NCBI RefSeq assembly: GCF_009914755.1
Contig: NC_060935.1
Reading direction: 5' to 3' (one strand)
Source: the human T2T-CHM13v2.0 reference genome, Homo sapiens
DNA: 64,000 nt
Under the pieces are notes generated by a model, which did not search any database, had not been told where the DNA came from, and saw only the letters and a program-made list of their open reading frames with translations. Made by a program: the position numbers and the translations under genes. The first letter of the stretch is position 1; every line of letters starts with the position of its first letter. This document shows positions 12,901 through 26,022 of this stretch, one piece after another.

Positions 12901-15900
12901 TGTTGTCATTATTGCTCTTGTTGCTGCTATTGTCATTAAGAAGAGTGGGCTGCATCCTCAGGTACATCTCCTGTGCTGTTTCTTTTCCTCAAACCACTCA
13001 TTAATATTCTGAAGACTAAGTCAGGGAGGCAGTAGCAACACACCAGGCTTAAAATTAATCAAGTTCCCTTCAGTCCAAATGAACTTTTCTCACCGATTCT
13101 CAGATCTTCGGCATCTTGCTACTGGGTGCATTTTTTCTACATAATGAAGTTTGGGCAGTGCTGGCTCCTGCCTAGTCCCTGACTGTGACCTCCATGCAGT
13201 CACAGCTGTTCTCAGGCGCTGCGCTTCAAGTTCCCCACCCCACATCGTCTGGCTGCCTTCTCATCTGGGGTGATGCGACCCCAGCAGATTAATATGATGT
13301 CCTTGTAATTCTGCATCCAAGACACATGTCACTTTCCTTCAACACATTTGGAAGGAGGGCAAGTTCTACTTTGTAAGGACCGTCACTTATTTTGAACTGG
13401 AAGAAAATAATTTATTTGGTCAAAAGTTGTTGTGCTTTTCCATTAAGGGCACATATTACCCTTTTGTAATTGGAAATGGGGCCATTTAGATCCCACATCG
13501 TCTAATCTCCAAAGTCACTCCAGCACAGGGCTTTCTTCCTCATTTGATTTCAATCAATCAGTGAATCCAACAACGAAGAAAATGCATTCAAAAATTAACC
13601 ATACCAAGTGAAAGCAGAGGAACGTATGTTAGCAGGAGTCTCCCAACTCAGGTGTTTCTGTAAGAACCATTAAAATACCCCTTATCTGAGTGGAAATTCA
13701 TTTCTTTCTACTATAGGAAGACTCCAAGACACTCACTCTAAGACTTGGGCCTGGATCTATGTGCAGAAACCCTGCTGAACTTTGCAGTGTCACCCGCCAC
13801 CCAACTAAGAGGGTCTCCCAGGATTGTTTTCTAGTTCCCAGTCTGGGCTGTCTGACATGGCACCCCAACCTGGGTACACATCTTAGAGGCTCGGCTTTTT
13901 GTCAGTGGCAAACTGGAAATTTCACCACTTAAATGGAACCACGAAATCTTAGGCCTTGGGAGAGTATGTCTGCAGGGCCATCTTGGTGTGCACCTCTCAC
14001 TGACCATTTTCAACAGATGCCAGATTCTTGGATCTGGGAGGGTGGCCCTAGTCCCCATCTTCAGGCTGTGTTAAATGGTGAGCTTGAAGGCCAAAGAAAA
14101 CTGCTTCAGACTTTGATACCTTATCAGTATGACTCAGGGAAGAGAGAGGTTAAGTAACTTGCTCAGAATCACACAGGTAGTAACTAGCAAAATTGGACTT
14201 TGAATCCAGGTTTGCATGACTTTATATTATGCTTTTCTGCAATGCTGCTGCCTGGAAGGCAGGCTTAGTGCTGCTGAGATCCTGGTAGATATCTGCTTTC
14301 CCCAAAGCGGTGAACTTTGCAGGCTACCGCCAGATCTATGCCATCTGCTCACTTCCGAGGGGCTTCTTCAAATCCCACCAGGTGACCTTAATGTCCCAAA
14401 ATATTCTTGACACTGAAGCACTCACTTGCAAAGAAAAGCTGGACCCCAACCCCTGTATTGGACAGACCCTACAGGAAGTTTCCTTAATAGCCTAAGGAGC
14501 AGAGACAGAAAATGAAAAATCACTAAGGTAGTGGTAGGCTTACATCCCAGGGAGGGAGTGCCATGGCGCACACCTCCTGCATGGGCTAGGGTTCGCATTT
14601 GTGTTTAATAACAACTTTGATCTCTCTGCCAGCAGCAGCGGTCATTGAGAAATCCTGACATAAAGAAGGTATCTGGGAGATAAAGTTCTGCAAGCGATGA
14701 TTACTAGCACTTAAGTTCTCTTTTTGTTGAAAGGAAGAATCCCAGATTGAACAGTGCATTGAATGATATGACAAGCAAGTACTTGATCCCTGTCCAGCTG
14801 GAGGGGGGATTGTACCCATCAGCAGCTTTTTAGCTAAGGACGTCTTTATATTTCCCTTCTTTGTCTGGGCCTCTCTAGTTCCTCCTTTTACTTCATGTCA
14901 GCACTATATAGTAGGTATGCCAAGTGGTTTTGAAATTTAAATTACAGTCTCTTTTTCAGATGTTATTGGAAAGAACATGTAATTTATAACCACGTGTTAG
15001 GAGTACAGGATGTTCATGGTCCACTGCCAATTTTTCTTTTGTAAAGTTAATAAAACTTTCATAAAACACTTATACACTTGTATATTTCATGGTAAAGATT
15101 TTTTTTATCTCATAGGCTAATGTAAAGATTTATTAAAACCATTTTTTTGTTAAGAGGAGTGTCAATAGTTTGCAGCTGAGTGTAATTTTGAATCCGTGGA
15201 AGATGACGGTCTGATGGAAAATGACAGTAACAGCTTTGTTGATTTAGCACTAAAAATAAAGGAGCCTTTCAAATGAGAGAATGCTCTAATATCCAGAGTG
15301 GGCTAGGACGCACTCAGGCCAATGGAGGCAAGCTGGAGGAGCCGGCCACCAGCACTCCAGCCCCTGGCAAGAGCAGAGCAGGATTGGATGGAGCCCAGGT
15401 GGGAGGGTGAGCAGAGCCCCAGGGGTTAGTGGGAAGGAAGGCTCTTCTTGCAGGGGAGGGAGGGAGGGGCCAGGAGTAGTGTCTGAGTTTACTTCTTGTG
15501 GCAGAAAACCCTGGAATCTGCCTGCCCCCACAGACACTCCTAGCCCTTTCTAGGCTTTGGTGGATTCAGTTTTTGCTGAATATAATGAGCGGGTAAGATC
15601 TGTCACACCTCCTTTGCCCCACTCTCTGTCACCTTTACCAATCCACATCTACCCCAAACTGGTTCCCATTGAAGAATCCTTTCAAGGAAACTCACTTAAC
15701 TTTTTTTCTGAGTGTAAACCCCAGCTTTTTTTTTTTTTTTTTTTTTTGTAGCTGTTAATTGGTGTGCTCCCCTGTGTAGAGGTGAGGAGTAGATGGGTTA
15801 TGGATTCCATGATTTGGAGAAGTAAATAGACCTTTTTGAGCTTCTGTTTTCTTCTCCAGGAAATGCAGATGATAACTCCTGCCTCCAGACCCCTCTCTGA

Positions 15901-16139
15901 GATGATTCTGAGACACATATAAATGGGCTTTGCAAACTGTGGGCAGTAGATGTGAGAACTCTTCATCTTCCAGACAGGATCCAAGGTCCTTTGGAAGGGA
16001 CAGTGAGCGGACTGCATCCTGCTTGCATGAAGACCCTGATTCCCTCAAATGTTGAAAGAGGTTGAATTTACAAATAAATTAAGAAATTAAGAGCAAATGA
16101 AGAGGAAGGAATGGTTATTAACCGTGTGCCATAGATCTT

Positions 16140-16280
16140 TGCATTAGTAAGCCTTATGGTCCTTGTTTTATAGATGATGAAACTGGGACTAAGAGAAGTG
16201 AAGTAATCAACTCAAGATCACAAAATGAACGGGACAACCAGGTTTCAAACTTAGGTTTATTCTGACACCAAAGCTTCCAT
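16140..16280 (-). mobile_element. MIR
   Basis: TTTTATAGATGATGAAACTGGGACTAAGAGAAGTGAAGTAA. Confidence 0.8.
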
Positions 16281-16849
16281 ATTTTTTTCCATTCTAGAAT
16301 GTTAGAAGCAGTGGACACTCTGGAGTGTTCCCACATGCTAAGCACTACGCTCGGTGCTCTATAAGCATTCTCTCTCTCAATCCTCACGCCACACCTGGGC
16401 AATCACGATTACCTTCATGCAAGGTGAGAAGTGCTGAAAGTTATAATTCCTTGCAGGGGAGGGATTGAATGTGCTTCCCGTGGAAGGCTGTGGTCTAGCA
16501 GTGCCTTTGGTTGGAGGGAGCAGGAAGCTTCAAGCTCTGCCTGGGGCCACTTCTCCCGCAGTTGAGAATTGAGGGTTAGCACCTGGAATTTGACTTAGAA
16601 ATGGGATTGGTAATTGTCTCATTCCTCTTTACAGGGGTCATCCCCATCTACCTCACTCTGCCCTCTACTCCAGCCCTGCTCTCTTTGGCCCCTCTTTCAG
16701 TTGTTCTTTCTTCTCTCCATCTGCCATTCTCTTCTACATTCCTTTTTCAACCAAGTAGTCACTCTTTATCGCAGCATTTCTCCTAGTGACCCTCCCTGGT
16801 GCCACTGAGGTGAGGGCCAGCCACATGCCTGGCTTAGGGTCACTGTTTT

Positions 16850-17155
16850 CTTTGTAGGCATCCTCTCCAGCACCTCCCTCCACCCACTTTCTGGCTAACT
16901 CCTATTCTTCGCTGAGGTTTCTGCTTAAATGTTACTTCTTCAGACCATGCCTGACACATCTGACTGGATCAGGCCATCTGCGTGTACACTCTCTAATCAT
17001 TTTGCATTTCCCCATTACTTTTCACAATTATAATTAAGTGATTGTTTGTAAAACTTATTTGTTTGCTATCTATGTTTCCTGCTAGACTACAAGCTCCAGG
17101 AGGGGAGGAGCCACATCTGCCTTACTCATTGCTGCATCTTCCATTCCCAGTAGAG
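16850..17155 (+). mobile_element. L2 3' region
   Basis: CTGGCTAACTCCTATTC..TAGACTACAAGCTCCAGGAGGG. Confidence 0.8.
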
Positions 17156-18132
17156 CTCAGGGTCAGTCCTCTCAACCTCACACCATGGCAGTGTTCCTCC
17201 CCTTCTAGGCAAAAGGCCAGACAGCCTCCTGACTTCACACCCTAGTCCCATTTGTAATTGTGCCAAGTATCACCAAGTGTCATACAAGTGTCACAGAGTC
17301 TAGTTAGGAGAGATTCTGGTGGCAGCCTTCCCCTTTGCCCTTTGGAGAGTGAAGTTGCACATTCCCACCTTGTGAGAGGTGAAGAAAGAGCCAACAGCCT
17401 AGCCTGCTTCTACGTCTCGACAACTCTGAGATATGGAGGCATAGGAAGCTCTGGGATCCTGGAAGAAAATGTAAAAGAGAAATTGGGACCCCAGGACAAG
17501 AAGTCCAAGAGAAATGGCAGAAGACTCCTACGCAATCTCTGTCACCACCGTAGGGGCAAAGGCAGAGCAATTGGGACCAATGACCCCAACTAGGAACATA
17601 GCCTGGAGTGAGTGAGTATGTGAGTGTGTGTGTGTATAAGTACATATGTCTCCTTTTCATCGGGTCTGGGAGAGGGCTGTGGTCCAACTGAGCAAGCCAT
17701 TTCCAAATATGCAGGTTTGTTCATTGCTGTTGCTGTTGCATTTTTAACTATTGTTGCTTTTGTAGCTACTGTTGTTTTTAGATGAAGCAACTGTGGTTCA
17801 GCAGAAGTTGCTGCCTCTGGAGTCAGAGGGTGCAGGCTTGGGTGCTGAGCACCAGGGGCTGGAGCCCAGGCTATTCACTGAGCCTCCCGAGTGGTGGACA
17901 GAGCTCAACCAGGCTGAGGCCCCTTAAGTGGGATCATCTGGCTCCTCCCAGTTTTGCCTATTCAGGAGAATGTGGGCAGGGCTTGAGGATTCACCCATTA
18001 TCCAGCTATCTAGCTTGAGACAATTCTGCAGAGGGGTTAAGAGTTCAGGTTCTGCAGCCAGAGCCTCAGCTTATTAACTTTGTCATCTTGGGGAAATTAT
18101 TTCATATCTCTACATCTCAGTTAAAATTATAA

Positions 18133-18305
18133 GCACAGCCTGTTTCATGGGCATGTGACCTGTGTGTTCCCCCAGGGCTCCATCCTCATAAAGGCCCTGC
18201 AGTTGGTTTAACACTCTGTTCTTACCGTCTTGAAATTCCCAATTATATTTTTTTAAGTAGCTCTGTATTTTCATTTTGCACTGGACCTTGCAAATTAAGT
18301 AGCTG
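18133..18305 (+). mobile_element. MER45A-like hAT-Tip100 MITE
   Basis: TTCATGGGCATGTGACCTGTG..GTCTTGAAATTC..TTTTCATTTTGCACTGG..GCAAATTAAGTAGC. Confidence 0.8.
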
Positions 18306-19799
18306 CTTCTTATTATCAAATACCAAATAAATATTTATTAGCAGAACATCTACTCAGGGAGAAAACAGTGAGATAAGGCAGGTCTGTACTTGGCACACAT
18401 TCAAGGCCTGACATTAAGGGACATTATTATTATTGCCTCTTGGGTTACCTACCAAGAACTAGACACCTCCCCAGCATTCCAGCAGCTAGTTGGTTAGAAA
18501 GGACAGTACTAGTCTTCGACGACAAAAACAAGGCCCCTTAATGCTTGAGTAAGACTTAGACTGAATAAAGAATCAAGATCTTGGATGACTTCACGGCACA
18601 TTTTTCCAGAAAGCCTATGGGGTGTGAAGTAGGATCTACATGTGGTAGGCTGCAGAGAGGTGACCAGGGGTGACTGGCTGCCCTACAGTCAAGTTCACCT
18701 TCTCCTCTCCTGGGTAACCCAATAGCAATGCCACTCTGCTATCCCAAAGAGTTTACCATTTCTGATGCTGGTCTGATTTGGTCAGGCCAGTTGCTCATTA
18801 GTGGTCTCCCATGTTCCAACCAGTGACTAGTTAAGCTTCCAAGCTAGGCACATGCAAGGTAACAGACACAGGCGACAGAAAAGTTGGCTGCACTCTTCAT
18901 TCACCTGATGAATACACTAGATTGGCTCTATCTCTGTCCAGACCTCTTCGATCACCTCTGGCCCTTCTAACACGTATAGCCATGGCCAGTGCTGACACCT
19001 TCCTTCGCTCTCCCCATCTCTCCTCAACTCATTCCTTCACCTCTGTCTTCATCCAAGTGCTGGAATACCTTTGTCCATCTGGTTATAAAAATATTATCAC
19101 CATCCCATTCCTTTAACGTGTCCTCTAGAGAACAAAACCCCCTTGCTAAAAAGAAGCATTTTCTATTATATTTGACCAAAATCTATTTTTGAACATTTAT
19201 TTGCAATAGCTGGCAGCATAGTGCAGCCCCTAAAACTTCTCATAACTCCAGATATTAGGTAATGGGGGATGGGCCAGGAGAAGCAGGAGGTCTCCTTAAC
19301 CCTGGGGTATCTGAGGAGCCAGGGAGGCATAGCAGGTATTCGCAAAGTGAAGCTTTGAAATAGTGTCTCTGAAATTCAGCCCAGTGCTCTTTCTTCCTGC
19401 TGTGTAATGTTGTCTCTATTGAAAGATTCTCTTTCCCCAAACATAGAGTACAATAATCCCATTGAATGCATTGCCAATGATAAACTATGTATGGACAAAT
19501 AACAACAGTGACAAAACCGCGTATAGAGACAAGGCAGTCTGTGTCGGGGAAGAAAGAAAAAAAATAAATGAAATTAACAGTGGGAGACAAAAACAGAGGA
19601 AAACCCAGCAATTAGATTAATCATAGACTTCCAGGAAATTGGCCCAAATTTCTTTAAAATCTTGTTGATTGTTATTCAGATTGAAGGGTTCCCTGCAAGA
19701 TTAGCCAGAGCCCACTAAGCTTGCATACCAATCTGCTACATCCTGCATGCAAGCTGCTCAGATCCCAGGGCTGTGCTCCCGCTACAGTGGATCACCTGT

Positions 19800-20040
19800 G
19801 TAGCGGTGAGGTCCAGTAGACAGAGCCCAGGACTGGGGGTCAGGGAGTGGCATTTCTAGTCCAGCCTCTCAGCCAACTCACTTTGGGACTTTGAACAAAT
19901 CATGTAACTTTCTGGACCTCAGTTTCCTCATCTGTTAAATAGGCAATTCTGCCAGCCTTTCTTAAGTCAGTGGGTTTTGAAAGGTTGAAGAGAAAATACA
20001 GATGTGGAAATCCTTGGACAGGCTGAAAATGCGATGCAAG
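19800..20040 (+). mobile_element. MIR
   Basis: CTGGACCTCAGTTTCCTCATCTGTTAAAT. Confidence 0.85.
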
Positions 20041-20499
20041 CACAACATAACTTTTTGAGTATTTTCAGGGTCAGAAACGAAGTAGGCTATTGCTCAAGGT
20101 TCACATATCCCCGCTCCGAACACCGGAGTAGAGAAAATGCAGTGGAGCGCTAGTCATTGCTTACAAAAATGTTTCAAAGCCTTCAGATTCAGAAAAAAGT
20201 TCAGTACATCTTTACCCAAATATTCCTCCCTCTTTTATGATCTGCATTTAAAAGAAAATTGAATGACCTATCTCTGGATTTATTAATGCTTAAATCATTA
20301 GTATCTTGGCTTCAGAATGCTCCTGGGTTGCCAGCAGGATGTCAGAGCTTTCAAATGCCTGGAAGTTGCCCCTCACCCAGGGTGAAATAATCCAAGCATA
20401 AAATGGTTTGGGTTTGGTTTGAAGGATTGAATGCCTGAGTTCCTCTTAGAACTGAACTTTTCAAATATGACCATTTTTGGCTCAAGGTTAAACAAAGTT

Positions 20500-20625
20500 A
20501 CTGGCTGACTACTAGGTGCTAGGCTCTATGCTAAGAGCTTTACATGCATTTTTTAACTTAATCCCTACAACAACCTAGTGTGGGAAGTTCTATTAACGTT
20601 CCTATTTTAGGGATGTAAAAAGCAG
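20500..20625 (-). mobile_element. MIR
   Basis: GCTTTACATGCATT..TTAATCCCTACAACAACC. Confidence 0.8.
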
Positions 20626-21330
20626 GACCCCCCCTTCAAGTATTATGGAAAAGATTTTGACCAATTTTTCTCTTGGCTTCTGTCTTTGAATCTGTGAATC
20701 ATATGAAAAGAATAAATCATCAGAGAGCCGAAGTAAGCCACAACAACCATCTAGTATTACATTTCCCAAAATATGTCTCTGCTAGATTTGCTAGGTGTTA
20801 GCATTTGGGCATCAACTAAGCTTGAGGACAAGAATCAAGGAGGCTTCTTTGCTACAAGACTTCTCAGGGCCTTTGAAATGGATGTTCATTGTGACTCTCA
20901 AACGAGAGGATGATGCAGGCAGCATTTTCCAAACTTAATTGGTGACAGATCTTTTTCTATAGGATCCTAATATTCTTCAGAAAATTATTTTAAAAAATTA
21001 TTTTTTAAAAAATTCCGTATTATATTATAAAGGAAGACACCAAGGCCCAGTCAGGGACAGTGGCTTGCTCCCAAGTCCCAGGATGTTAATAGCAGAGACA
21101 ACAACCCAGTTGTGCTGAGTTCAGACCTAGGCCAGGTTCCATGTTTCACTACAACAAAGGAAGGTGTGGTAAGAGGGCCAGTGTGGGCTTTCCACAGATT
21201 CATGCCACAGGGACCACACCTGGGATCACAGATCACAAACCACACACATTTGCAGAATCAAATGGTCATGGGTGCCTTAAGCTAGAAGAGAGGGTTTTAT
21301 TTCAGTCAACTCTTTTATGCTTGAAGGAGC

Positions 21331-21744
21331 TGTATTAGTCAGGATTCTCCAAAGAAACAGAGCCAATAGGATGTGAAAGGAGAGAGAGAAAGTGATTTAA
21401 GGAATTGGCTTATGAGATTGTGGGGGCTGGCAAGTCCAAAATGTTCAGGGTAGACCAGCAGGCTGGAAACCTAGGGAAGAGTTGATATTGCAGTCTTGAG
21501 TCCAAGCAGTCTGGATACATAATTCCTTTTTCCTCAGGGGACCTCAGTTTGTTTTCTCTTAATGCCTTCAACTGATTGAACAAGGCCCTCCCATATCATA
21601 GAAGGTAATCTGCTTTACGCAAAGTCCATTGATTTAATGTTAATCTCATCTTTAAAATACCTTCACAAGAACATTCAGACTTGTGTTTGATCAAATATCT
21701 GGGTATTGTGGCCTAGCCAAGTCCACACATAAGATTAGCTATCC
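21331..21744 (-). mobile_element. MLT2 (ERVL) solo LTR, MLT2D-like
   Basis: Starts TGTATTAGTCAGGATTCTCC..GAAACAGA, contains GGCTGGCAAGTCCAAAA and ends GCCTAGCCAAGTCCACACATAA. Confidence 0.9.
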
Positions 21745-22094
21745 CTGGGTCCATGTTCCTTCCTTCCCTTAAAATGCTATTGACATTTCTCTACATTTTC
21801 ATCCTCAGCCATAGAATGGGAGAAGTATGTCCAGAGATCACTCACTGCTCTGAGTTTCAGCCTGCACCTTCTGTGGTACCATGGAAGTGCCTTGTGAGTT
21901 CCCTCATCAGTGAATGAGGCTAGAGGCAGGGGCGAGGGAGGAGGGCTGAGCTGGATAGATTCAAAGTTCTACCACACTCCCCTCCTTCATCCAAAACAAT
22001 TCAATTTCTCTCTGTTACATATGAGACTTCCCTTTAAACTGATGTTAAAATCTGCTGGAAATTCTCCTGATCTACACAAGAACACTAGCCCTTC

Positions 22095-22270
22095 CAACAC
22101 TTTTCTACTCAAAGTGCATTCTCCGGACTGACAGCATCAGCACCACACAGGAACTGGTTAAAAACGCAGAATCTCAGGTCCCACTCTTGACATATTGAAT
22201 CAGAGTCTGTATTTTCACAAGATCCTTAGATGATTAGTAAACATTTTCGAGACTGAGGAGCAGTGCTCTG
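22095..22270. mobile_element. MER5A/B MITE
   Basis: CTACTCAAAGTG..CAGCATCAGCA..GCAGAATCTCAGG..GAATCAGA. Confidence 0.85.
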
Positions 22271-25200
22271 GAGCTCAAGCTTCTAGAGCACTAACCAGCA
22301 CATTGCCAGACACATCATAGAAAGTTAAGAATTGGTTTTTTTCCTGAATGATGGCTTGACTTAAAAAACTGAGGCCCAGAGGGAGAAAAGATGACACAAT
22401 TAATTACGAGAGTATTAGTTAAATCTTATTAACAGAAAATAAGATTCTCTGATCATATATGTGTTCTTTGTACAAGAATATGCCTCTTTTCTGGAAAGCC
22501 CAAGTCATCATTGAAAATTCTTAAGTTTCCAGTCTGAGCATTTCAGAATTTAAGAAGTTCCACAGAACCATCTAAGTTATTTGTGTTTATAGGACAATTT
22601 CTTACAAGGAGTTTTGTTCAGCAAACAAAATCACTTCGCCAAAATGAGCAAGCTCCCTTGAGAGGTCCCGTTGGAGTGGATGAAAACTGAACTATGTGTT
22701 TACCTGAAGGTACATTCAAGCTGAAATAAAAATCTCCTCCTATGCAATCTAGGTTCATTTCAGCTGCCTTTTCTGAAAGGATTTGAAAAATTCTGAGCAA
22801 GTGATCAGTCAAGGAGTTAATTTGCTGTTGTGCTAAACTGCTAGCACTGAGGCTGTCATAGGAGAGAAAGAGAAGCAAGTGGAGAAATCTTTGATCCTCA
22901 GTTCAGCCAACTTCTTCCAGAAAGTGGAATGAGAGATCAAACATGAAGAGCAGTGTGGGCTCTGGGATCTGTCCAGAGCTATAGGAATCCAATATTACAA
23001 TAATCATCCAACTTCGACAGAAGTCATCCCAGGAAGCTTGCCAAGAAAAAAGCTTGACGAGGAAGACGGCTGAAACAATGACAAACGAGGGAGAGGGAGT
23101 AAAGGTTGCAGACGTCCTTGGGTTGTCTTCATTGGAGAACTCCTTCTGTGCATCTCCTCCCTTATGCAGCCTTTCTCACAGAACCCAAAACAAACAAAGA
23201 TGAAGCTGAATAATCATCTGCATTTCTGTACTCGCCTAAAAGTTCAAGGGTTCGGTCTTGGTTTTTCTGGGCTAAAGATTCACACAATCTCAGCCCAGCA
23301 GAGGAGCTTACTGTTCAAATAGCACTGTGTACCAAGGGTCTCACCAGCACTTCTGTTCAGATCCTGTGTGATATTCACCATAAAGGCCCTCACATCTGTG
23401 TAACACCTTGTTACAGAGTGTTACAAAGCACTGTCACATTCAATTCATTTGTCCCGAGGTGGGGTCTGTGTGCTCTGGGATGCAGGACTGATTGCTGGCT
23501 GCTTCCTCATCCCATTTTCTCTCCAAGAATCCTGGTCATAAGTGATGCACAGGACAACTTGACCAAAGTCCAGCAAATCCTACAAGTGTAGTCACTTGCA
23601 GCTACTTCAAATGCAAAATCTCATTACAGTAACTGGACTATAGCCCGTTACACTGATATTTGGCAGAAGGCTTGGCAGATAGTCAGAGCAGCACCCCTCA
23701 TAATTTTCTGAGTGCCCAGACTATTACCACTTTACCTTGACTCGTGGCATGGAGCAGATACTATGTAAAAGCTGTACCTTAGGACATAATCTACTCACAG
23801 GCTTGGTCTTGAACCATGCCCTTCAGCTCACCTAGCTTTCAAATACCGTGGCCACCTGCTGCAACACTGATTTCCCCTTTCCTTCCTCCCTGAAAAATAC
23901 TCCCCCTCACCCTGCCAAGATGTGCCTTTAGAATCCTGACCTCTTAACATCAACCACAACCTCACTACCCCGTACTTCAGTGTTATTGTCTTCTTATTCA
24001 ACCTAGTCCAAAGGACACTGTGTACCAAAGGATAAGCAAATCAGTCTTTTGGGGAAAAAAAACAAAAATCTGAGAAAAGCTTCATAAATTCACACTGTGC
24101 TATAGTTCACTGCAGAGCCACCCAGTAAAGGATGCTGCAATCTGGAGAAGAGAAACTAGCAGAACCCAGTGGATTCTAGAGCTGTTGAGTGTGGTAGGGT
24201 ACAGTTCACCCATCATCAAGTGAGTTGATAGAACTAATACTTATGGGTAATAAAACATAGTCCTTTCCCTCAAGAGGTTTAGAATTCATCGAGGAAGACA
24301 GACATGAAACATTCAATTACAATCCGGGGGGATGTTGTTGTGATCCAGATTTCCCAAATGCTATCGGAGGAAGTTACTGGTAACTGCTGCATCCAACAAT
24401 TTCACGGGGGTGTATTCACATTAGGGATAGCTAAGAAAATCCACTGATCTGGAGAAGCTTTTGGCATTAATTCTATAGAAGCTGATCGTATTATTAATGT
24501 TTATAACACACGATTGCCTCTGACAAAGATTGAGATTTTATCCTTTCATAATGAGGCTTCTCAGCCCAGCAAGGGCCCCCAAGTCTCCCAAACCCAGGGT
24601 AGCTGCAGGGCGACTCATAGAAAGCAATAGTGGTCCAACATCTGAAGGAAGTGGTCTTTGCACCACAGGCACAGCTTGGAATTGATCTGATAATCAATCA
24701 TCAAATCATTCCAAAAACAATACTGAGCAACTATTATTATCTGCTTAAATTAAATCATTCTTAATATATAGATGAGGTATAATTGTCCAATAGTTTTCTC
24801 ACCCATGAAACAAGGATAATAATTCTGACCCTAGAGAATGAGTGTGAGGTTTAAATTAGACACTATAGGTAAAGTATCAATAGTTCTGTTATGTTTTAAG
24901 CCTTGTTTAAGGTTTCAGCCTGCCTTGAACAAGAGAAGGAAGAGAAAAATAAATTGCATTTGTTCTATCTAGCATTTTAAAACTCCAGATTATTTAGAGT
25001 GGATAGCCTGAAAGTGTTCAGAAGTCTTGCTAGAACCCTTTTAGAATAGCTAAAGACGTCAGAGATAGGGAAAACTTTCCTTTTGCACCAGGTGATGAGG
25101 GGCTAGATGTCTCAGAACTAAGGTGCAGGCCACTGGGTATCTATTCCATCTTTCCCTGCCCACCCTAATGAGAAGAGGACAACTCAGGGGTCTATTCAGA

Positions 25201-25789
25201 AGAGACAGAACTGATAGAAGGGGAACAGAATGTTCAGTTTATGAAAATTTTGCCTTCTGAGTCAAGTTTAAACTGGAGCTTTATCTGAGTCCCATGTCAA
25301 GAACCTCTTGAGATCCTATCTGTTAACAGTTTACATTTCACTTTAACTCCCTCCAGGGGGGTAGAGCCATAAATACTAGTGAGATGGTTTTGTATGATAG
25401 CCTGGAATTCTTATAATTATTATTGTTGGCAACAGTGTTTGGTTTCATGGCAGTAGGCTTTGCTGGTTGCCTGATATCAGTAGATAGAAAGACATCTTTA
25501 ACTTCAACATGTTAATGTTATGATTATTTAGTTCTTTCTGCATATCGAGTGCAACCCATGCCTTAACAAACATCCCAGAAAGGAACTAGAGTTCCAGAAA
25601 GACAGCTTTGAATTAAAATCCTGTAGTTGCCACTCATAAGCCATGTAACCTTGGCCAGTCTATTTGGGCTTCTGTTTTATCTGTTGAATGAGAGGCAAAA
25701 TTTCAGAAGGTTCTTCAAAGGTTTAAATGAGAAAATGTTTCTGGCACATTAGGGGACTAGAAATACATCTTATCCTTCCCATTGTCAAA

Positions 25790-26022
25790 AGCAGACACTC
25801 TGGGGTGAGTCTGGTTTATATCCCGGCTTCTTGACTATCTAAATATAGAATCTCAAATGTCTTTCCACTTTGTAAAACAGAATAACAATAGTATTTACTT
25901 CATGGGGTTGGCTAACCCCCATAAGATAAATTGGATGAATAAGTACAAGTTATTAATATATGTAAAGCACTTAGAATAGCACCTGGCATGTAGTAAGTTC
26001 TGTTGTAAGAGTTAGCTATTTT
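25790..26022 (+). mobile_element. MIR
   Basis: ATATATGTAAAGCACTTAGAATAGCACCTGGCATGTAGTAAG. Confidence 0.85.
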
